A stretch of 64,000 nt of DNA from a candidate division FCPU426 bacterium (GTDB lineage Bacteria > Oederibacteriota > Muellerivitia > Muellerivitales > Muellerivitaceae). A model generated the notes under the pieces. That model saw only the letters and a program-made list of their open reading frames with translations, was not told the DNA's origin and did no database searches. The stretch spans positions 928,001 through 992,000 of the forward strand of contig CAVRAL010000004.1 in assembly GCA_963719085.1 (NCBI GenBank), read 5' to 3'. The position numbers and the translations under genes were made by a program. Below are positions 60,168 through 64,000 of the stretch, one piece after another (position 1 is the stretch's first letter; the number at the start of each line of letters is the position of its first letter).

Positions 60168-60827
60168 TTAGTAGGTAGGCGAGGGTTGGATCAGCGGATC
60201 GCCGTTGAAAAAGCGGTCGAAGTTGACGATATCCAAACTGTCCATCGAATCCGGGTCGCCGGTTTGGACCAGGCTCCCGGCTTTCCAGTCCCAAACGGAG
60301 GCGTCGGCATTGAAGTGATGCTCGCCATCCTTATCAAAGACGCTGATCTTCCCCCGGATGTGTTGGACCTGAAGATGGTCCTGGACGGGGTCATAAGAAA
60401 TGATCAGCTGCGAGTTGGCCAGCGAGGTCACCACCGATCCGGTATGAATCTCAAAATAACTTTGTTGGGACGAGGAGTCGTTGGCCTTCAACAAAAGGGT
60501 CCCGTGCTTGAGGATGATCCGGATTTCCCGGTCCCCGCCTTCCTGATCCAATTGGTCGAAAGCGGCCTGGGTGCCGCCTGAAAAGCCGATCTCGTCCCCC
60601 TTGTGGGTTTTCACGATGGCCCAGCTTTTGTCGTAGACGGTCACCGCGTCGCCTTCTTCCACGATGCTACCGGTTTGAAGGGCCGTGGCGGGGGAACCGT
60701 CGGCTTTTTCGACCATGATGGTGCCGTCCAGCTGCTTCACCGCGGCGTCCTTGTAAACGGTGGACGCTCCCACGAAGGAAGGGAGAAGGATCAGGCCCAA
60801 TAAAAAGGCGATAGTTGAGCGAAGCAT
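60168..60827 (-). CDS. Secreted FecR-domain-like protein
   Basis: Signal peptide; beta-rich, EGDAVTV, ILKHGTL, FEIHT pattern; AAGGAG SD. Confidence 0.65.
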   Translation of the reverse strand: MLRSTIAFLLGLILLPSFVGASTVYKDAAVKQLDGTIMVEKADGSPATALQTGSIVEEGDAVTVYDKSWAIVKTHKGDEIGFSGGTQAAFDQLDQEGGDREIRIILKHGTLLLKANDSSSQQSYFEIHTGSVVTSLANSQLIISYDPVQDHLQVQHIRGKISVFDKDGEHHFNADASVWDWKAGSLVQTGDPDSMDSLDIVNFDRFFNGDPLIQPSPTY

Positions 60828-60949
60828 GAAAAGCTCCTTAAAATGAGAGGACTTAAAAATTGCCGGATTCTACCGATGGCATCAGTTTAACTTTTTTTGC
60901 TTTCCCGGTAAAGGTTTAGCGGCTGGGTGTGGTGAAATAGGCCGGGAGT

Positions 60950-62713
60950 TTGAGCGTGAATAAAGGAGAACAAATGCGATCTGTCCCTGTGGCCCTCATC
61001 ACCGGTTGTTCCACCGGCATTGGATATGAGGCTGCCCTTAGGCTCGCCCGAAAGGGGTTTGTGGTTTTCGCGACCATGCGCGATCTGACGAAGGCGGGCC
61101 CTTTGAAAAGGGACGCCCAGGGCCTGGACCTTCGTTTCCTTCAACTCGACGTGGACAAGCCGGCCTCAGCGCGCCGGGCTGTGGCCAAGGTCATCGCCCA
61201 GGCCGGGCAAATTGATCTTCTCATTAACAACGCCGGCTATGGCGCCTTTGGGGCTTTGGAGGATTTCACCGACGCCGAAATCAAGGCCCAATATCAAACC
61301 AATGTTTTGGGTTTGACGCGGGTGACCCGCGAGGTTCTGCCCTTTATGCGCGCGCGCCGCTTGGGCCGAATCATTCATATCGGGTCCTTGGCCGGAAAAA
61401 TGACCTTCGCCGGGATCGGTCTTTATTGTTCCAGTAAACACGCGGTGGAAGCCGTGACGGAGTCCTTGCGGATGGAAACGCGCCCCTTCGGTGTTCAGGT
61501 GGCCGTGGTGGAACCGGGCTCCATGAATACCGCGTTCAAGGCGAACCGGCGGAAGAACGGCGTCTTTCAAAAAGGGAAATCGGCTTATCAGGGAAGCCTT
61601 CAAAAGATCCTCGATTTCGGAAACGAGCAATCGGCCCGGGCGCCGGGCGCCTCCCAGGTGGTGGACGTTTTGGAAAAAGCGATCGGAGACAAGGTGATGA
61701 AAACCCGCTACCCGGTGGGGTTTGACGCTTTCGTTTATCCCTTGATCCGATGGGGAATGCCCGAAGTGCTCTGGGATCATTTGATGCGCCGGGTGGATGA
61801 AAAGTTTAAGGCCGGGACGTCCTTGAAAAAAGCGGCGCTTTCGAGCGCGCCGGCCAGCGCGCCGGTCGCCCTCGTGACCGGCGCCACATCGGGATTTGGT
61901 TTGGAGACGGCCAAACTGCTCGCTCAAAACGGCTTTCGGGTTTACGGGACCTATCGAAATCCCCACAAACTGGACGCCCTGAGAGCCTTGGCCCAGGAAA
62001 ACTCAAACCTGTTTCCGCTTTTTATGGACGTGACGCGGCCCTTGACGGTCACCCAAGGAGTGGCCCGCCTGATCCAAAAAGAAAAACGTTTGGATCTTTT
62101 AGTGAACAACGCGGGGTTCGTCATGGCCGGGTTTCTCGAGGAGCTGTCCGACGAGGAACTGGCCGGCCAGTTTGAGACCAATGTCTTCGGTCTCTTGCGG
62201 GTGACCCGGGCGGTTTTGCCCGTGATGCGCCGCCAACAGAGCGGAAAAATCGTGAATGTGGGAAGTATCTCGGGCCGGGTTTCGTTCCCCGGGCTGGGCG
62301 CCTACGCGGCGTCCAAATTCGCCGTGCGCTCCTTGAACGAAGGCCTGCGGCAGGAAGCGCGGCCCTTCGGCGTTCAAGTTTGTGAAATCGCGCCGGGGTC
62401 CTATGGCACCCAGGTCTTGAACTCGACCCGTTACGGGGCTAAGGTCAAGGCTTCCGGATCGCCCTATCAAGGTTTTACGCTCCAAATGGAAGCGTTGGTA
62501 AAAAAAGAATTCGCCAAGGGCCGCGACCCGAAAGAAGTGGCCGAGCTCATCCTCAAAGCCGCGCGAAGCGCGTCGCCCCGGCCGGTTTACTTGGCGGGGC
62601 CGGACGCGAAATTTATGAACTTGATGAAATGGCTGCTGCCGGACGCGGTTTGGGAGTGGGGTTTAAAAAAGATTTTTACTTGGAGCCGGACTCCGGTTGA
62701 GCCGAAGGATTGA
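60950..62713 (+). CDS. Tandem double short-chain dehydrogenase/reductase
   Basis: Two sets of TGxxxGxG, NNAG and YxxSK. Confidence 0.88.
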   Translation: MSVNKGEQMRSVPVALITGCSTGIGYEAALRLARKGFVVFATMRDLTKAGPLKRDAQGLDLRFLQLDVDKPASARRAVAKVIAQAGQIDLLINNAGYGAFGALEDFTDAEIKAQYQTNVLGLTRVTREVLPFMRARRLGRIIHIGSLAGKMTFAGIGLYCSSKHAVEAVTESLRMETRPFGVQVAVVEPGSMNTAFKANRRKNGVFQKGKSAYQGSLQKILDFGNEQSARAPGASQVVDVLEKAIGDKVMKTRYPVGFDAFVYPLIRWGMPEVLWDHLMRRVDEKFKAGTSLKKAALSSAPASAPVALVTGATSGFGLETAKLLAQNGFRVYGTYRNPHKLDALRALAQENSNLFPLFMDVTRPLTVTQGVARLIQKEKRLDLLVNNAGFVMAGFLEELSDEELAGQFETNVFGLLRVTRAVLPVMRRQQSGKIVNVGSISGRVSFPGLGAYAASKFAVRSLNEGLRQEARPFGVQVCEIAPGSYGTQVLNSTRYGAKVKASGSPYQGFTLQMEALVKKEFAKGRDPKEVAELILKAARSASPRPVYLAGPDAKFMNLMKWLLPDAVWEWGLKKIFTWSRTPVEPKD

Positions 62714-64000
62714 GCGCCGCGGCTGTGGAAGCGGCTTGGCAGACAAAGAGTGTGGCGGAAAGCGGGGGTAGGTCCAGGTCGAATTGATTTTGATGAAGTT
62801 TATCCTGGCGGACGAGTCTCAAGTCCGGCGATTTCGCGTCAAATCCATAAGCCTGGTAGCTTTCGTAAATCCGGGCCCCGTCAATTTGAAACCGGCCGTG
62901 AATCGAGTCTTTTTGGTTTTTGTTCAATACCACAATCCAAAGTTTGTCAGGGGATTTTGAATCCACCGCCGCGTAAACCGAGGAGTGGATTATGTCTTCC
63001 GAACCGGCTGAGACGGCGGTGTCGCCAAAGGTTGACTTTTGTCCGTCGTAATTTCGGTAAAGTTTAAACGCCGCCTGGTTATAAGGCTTTAAATCCCCCC
63101 AATAACTCGCCAGGAAGATCTCGTATTTTCCGAAAATCCCCAAAACGTCCGCTTGGGCCAATCCGCCGGAAACATGATCACCCGCCCCATAGTCATACTC
63201 GCTGAACGAAAGTTTCGTGCCGGGATAATGCCGGTCGATTTTCGCTTTCAGCCAAGGGATCAGTTGGATCGGTTGGCCCTGGGTGGAATATTGGGTGATC
63301 CAGCTCTTTTCCACATAGCCCGGGTCCCAAAGGCTTCGGGGCGCCTGCAAACGCGCTTCCACGGATTCGGGGGAAATGTCGCCTAAGGTGATTCGCTTAC
63401 CGCCGCCCACCGCTTCCGGATACCAATGCAAGTCCAGCACGTGAAGCAGGCGCCGGCCATGCCGTTTTTCCAGTTCCTTCATTTGATCCAAATAGTAGTC
63501 CACATAGGTGGTGTAGGTTTTATTGAACCGCGCGCTATCGGGAGCGTCTTGAAGGGTTAAAAATTCCTGCCAGCCATACATCACCGGTCCCAGAATTTGG
63601 GCGGAAGGGTCGACCTTCAGGACCGCGCCGGCGAGCGCCTCTGTTTTTTCGACCATTTCCTGATAAGTGGGTTTGGCCGGATGCAGGCGCGGGTGGGTAG
63701 TGGGCCAAAGGGCCGGTTCGTTGTCCAGGTCATAAAACTGGACCCCGCCTTGGGAGGCGGGATGAAAATTCGCCACCAGGAAATTCACGAATTCATCGTC
63801 ATAAACGGTTTTAGCCTTCGGATCGGGTGAAAGGGTAAAGGGGGCGTTTTTTCGGGGATTCTCGGCTACCCAACGGCCGCTGGGCGCGGTTTGCGCCTCG
63901 GTCACATCTCCTAGTTTATCGGCGGCCACGAAACCCGCCATCGGCAGGGTGATAAGCGAGGCCATGCCTAAACTTTGGTTTTGATCCACGAAATGCCGGA
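62676..64000 (-). CDS. Glycoside hydrolase family 44 endoglucanase (5'-truncated by window edge)
   Basis: LDNEPALW, DLHWYPEA, APRSLWD, SEYDYG, ADVLGIFG. Confidence 0.88.
   Translation of the reverse strand, partial: RHFVDQNQSLGMASLITLPMAGFVAADKLGDVTEAQTAPSGRWVAENPRKNAPFTLSPDPKAKTVYDDEFVNFLVANFHPASQGGVQFYDLDNEPALWPTTHPRLHPAKPTYQEMVEKTEALAGAVLKVDPSAQILGPVMYGWQEFLTLQDAPDSARFNKTYTTYVDYYLDQMKELEKRHGRRLLHVLDLHWYPEAVGGGKRITLGDISPESVEARLQAPRSLWDPGYVEKSWITQYSTQGQPIQLIPWLKAKIDRHYPGTKLSFSEYDYGAGDHVSGGLAQADVLGIFGKYEIFLASYWGDLKPYNQAAFKLYRNYDGQKSTFGDTAVSAGSEDIIHSSVYAAVDSKSPDKLWIVVLNKNQKDSIHGRFQIDGARIYESYQAYGFDAKSPDLRLVRQDKLHQNQFDLDLPPLSATLFVCQAASTAAALNPSAQPESGSK

Overview
A gene-dense, moderately GC-rich stretch of chromosome from a diderm bacterium. 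The Thr/Pro-linker beta-propeller proteins with C-terminal Ig-like sorting domains, PorV-like barrel and YfhO-type proteins suggest an FCPU426/Elusimicrobia-like candidate lineage; this is a guess. Most genes are housekeeping: icd, mdh, aconitase, ppc, purE, tsaC, cysC, livKHMGF, copZ/copA, system II cytochrome c biogenesis, exbBD-tonB and a partial GH44. I found no rRNA, tRNA, CRISPR array, integrase or transposase. Five signals stand out. (1) A GxxExxY PD-(D/E)xK nuclease-like gene sits between livG and livF inside 35-bp inverted repeats built from an 8-bp unit. An 'empty' element of the same design lies in frame in the 5' end of ccsA, and two related periodic palindromes lie between convergent genes; together they look like a nuclease-associated mobile palindrome system. 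(2) An ECF sigma/anti-sigma locus with T9SS-like cargo genes has three copies of GGAATAAA-N13-CG(T/A)C, one of them in front of a short terminated transcript (candidate sRNA). (3) Diverged copies of the 3' ends of icd and of an MBL-hydrolase gene look like att-site scars. (4) A 45-bp hairpin unit is repeated six times in tandem. (5) A structured 5' leader would sequester the ribosome-binding site of a hypothetical gene.
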